A DNA stretch of 64,000 nucleotides from a virus (lineage: Duplodnaviria > Heunggongvirae > Uroviricota > Caudoviricetes), in the IMG/VR virus record IMGVR_UViG_3300038345_000251, positions 1 through 64,000 of that record; one strand, 5' to 3'. The notes beneath the pieces were generated by a model. The model had not been told where the DNA came from. It searched no databases and saw nothing but the letters and a program-made list of their open reading frames with translations. The translations under genes were made by a program, and so were the position numbers. Numbering within the stretch: the stretch's first letter is position 1; each line of letters opens with the position of its first letter. Below are positions 62,456 through 64,000 of the stretch, one piece after another.

Positions 62456-64000
62456 TTATTTTTTTACTCTTTTTTTAAATTCATCAATCGTAATGCGCTC
62501 AGTTTCACCTGTTTTTTTGTTTCTTATGTTTATATAAGTATTACCAGAAACGCATTTACCAACACCTGTTTTTCCAATTAACATACTACTATACAAGCAT
62601 TTACCGTTACTTAAACCAATTCTATTACGTTTAAGTGCTTTGCAAATGGTATCAATTGCATCATCTTGTCCAATAACTTCTTCTTTAAGACGTTCATTAA
62701 TATTTGCAAGACGTTTTTTATCATCAGCAGTAAGTTTATTAATAGGAATTTTAGTTTTCTTTGAAATAAGTTCAAGAATTATATTTTCACCGATAATTTC
62801 TGGATTATGAATTCTATATTCCTTATGTCTTTTTTCGTTTTCGATAATTTGAGCGTTTAGTGATTGTTCGATTTTTTCAAGTTCATCAACTTGTTTATAA
62901 TTTTCTTTTTGTTTTGCTTCATTGATATTAAACTTGACGTTATTAAGTTCTTTTTTCATTGCAGCAACTTCAGGATTTGAATCAGCACTTGTTCCGATAA
63001 TAGAACCTGCTTCGTCAATAATATCAATTGCTGAATCAGGAAGATTACGTTCAGGAATATATCTATTTGTAAGTTTTACACAGGTATCAATTGCTTCATC
63101 TGTATATCTTACATGATGATAGTTTTCATAATAATCTTTAATACCGTGTACAATTTCAAGTGCTTCTTCTATTGTTGGCGTATCAACAATAATTTTTTGG
63201 AATCTTCTTGCAAGTGCAGGGTCTTTATCGAATGTTTTTCTAAATGCTTTATAATCTGAAGTACCGATAACTTGTAATTCACCTGTTTCAAGTGAACGTG
63301 AAATCATACCAGAAATATCATATTCATTTTTATTTTTATCATTAAGAACATTACTGATATTATCAATAAAGAGAATATAATTACCGCTTGTTTTAATTTC
63401 ATTAAGAAGCCCTTTTACACGTTCTTCAAACTGTCCTCTTAATGTTGTACCTGCTTGAAGTGCTGTGATGTCAAGAGAAACAACAATTTTATTAAGAAGA
63501 AAATCTGGTACTTCTTTTTCCACAATTTTACTTGCAAGGTTTTCCGCAATACTTGTTTTACCAACACCTTCAGAGCCTACTAAGATTGCATTGTTTTTCT
63601 TTCTTCTACCAAGAATTCTAACAATTTCTTCAATTTCTTTATCTCTACCAATTAATCTATCAATTTCTTTATTTTCTGCAAGAACATTAAGGTTTGTACA
63701 AAATGAATCAATACAAGGAGTTTTACTTTTTGGTTTTTTATTATTGGCTTCTTCTTGTTCTTTTTGCATTTTCATAATATCTTGTGGTGTAATTTCACCA
63801 GCCATTAATTTACCCATTAATTCTTGTGGGTTAGGAAATTTAGATAAATCAATACCAATTACAGTTGGCCCAGACATTCCTGGTATTTCTTGATTAATTT
63901 CGTTATTTTTTATTTCTTCTTGTTTTTGTTTATAAATTTCTGCAAACTTATTGTAAGTAATTTGTTTAGCATTGATGATTTTTCTAATTCTATTATCATT
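62456..64000 (-). CDS. clpC: N-terminal half of ClpC-like ATPase fused to 32-aa N-intein (5' end outside window)
   Basis: Frame open to 64000; GRDKEI, RRKKNN..GSEGVGKT, RGQFEER, ERNLPDSAID, VIGQD, GKTGVGK/CVSGNT. Confidence 0.9.
   Translation of the reverse strand, partial: NDNRIRKIINAKQITYNKFAEIYKQKQEEIKNNEINQEIPGMSGPTVIGIDLSKFPNPQELMGKLMAGEITPQDIMKMQKEQEEANNKKPKSKTPCIDSFCTNLNVLAENKEIDRLIGRDKEIEEIVRILGRRKKNNAILVGSEGVGKTSIAENLASKIVEKEVPDFLLNKIVVSLDITALQAGTTLRGQFEERVKGLLNEIKTSGNYILFIDNISNVLNDKNKNEYDISGMISRSLETGELQVIGTSDYKAFRKTFDKDPALARRFQKIIVDTPTIEEALEIVHGIKDYYENYHHVRYTDEAIDTCVKLTNRYIPERNLPDSAIDIIDEAGSIIGTSADSNPEVAAMKKELNNVKFNINEAKQKENYKQVDELEKIEQSLNAQIIENEKRHKEYRIHNPEIIGENIILELISKKTKIPINKLTADDKKRLANINERLKEEVIGQDDAIDTICKALKRNRIGLSNGKCLYSSMLIGKTGVGKCVSGNTYINIRNKKTGETERITIDEFKKRVKK

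Noticed and set aside
198-63893. Many antisense or nested ORFs in the track (e.g. 198..794, 11666..12124, 15429..15941, 61713..62123, 63465..63893)
   Set aside because: Shadows of better-supported genes on the other strand or frame, without motifs
1-64000. Stop-codon recoding (TAG to Gln) as in some Lak/crAss-like phages
   Set aside because: Long genes are intact in code 11 and TAG ends plausible genes (e.g. 3648, 6589, 34549); no suppressor tRNA seen

Overview
AT-rich (~30% GC by eye) segment of a large lytic phage, most likely a jumbo/mega-phage of a Bacteroidota (Prevotella/Bacteroides-like) host, translated with the standard code. 1-3.6 kb: short + strand hypothetical genes. 4-24.4 kb: an all-minus-strand 'early' block containing a tRNA cluster (Met-CAT, Ile2-CAT, a Leu-TAA split by a ~977-nt group I intron with an HNH ORF, one aberrant tRNA-like gene), about 29 near-identical Bacteroidota sigmaA-type promoters (TTTG..TAnnTTTG) that each head one or a few small genes, and a ~680-nt candidate large ncRNA. 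24.4-24.8 kb: strand-switch region with extreme C skew. 24.8-64 kb: RNA ligase, RecD2, PD-(D/E)XK nuclease, ParB-like protein, Tpt1/ART-like protein, DNA methyltransferase, fibre/adhesin-like structural genes, two tnpB elements, a TnsA-like homing endonuclease and a ClpC-like ATPase fractured by an atypically split intein around a free-standing endonuclease. The most unusual features are (i) three paralogous fibre-type genes interleaved with three separately promoted and terminated, structurally covarying small RNAs, (ii) a tnpB gene bounded by 25-bp terminal inverted repeats and an 8-bp target duplication, and (iii) the split-intein ClpC. All calls come from motif reading by eye; no searches or folding programs were run.
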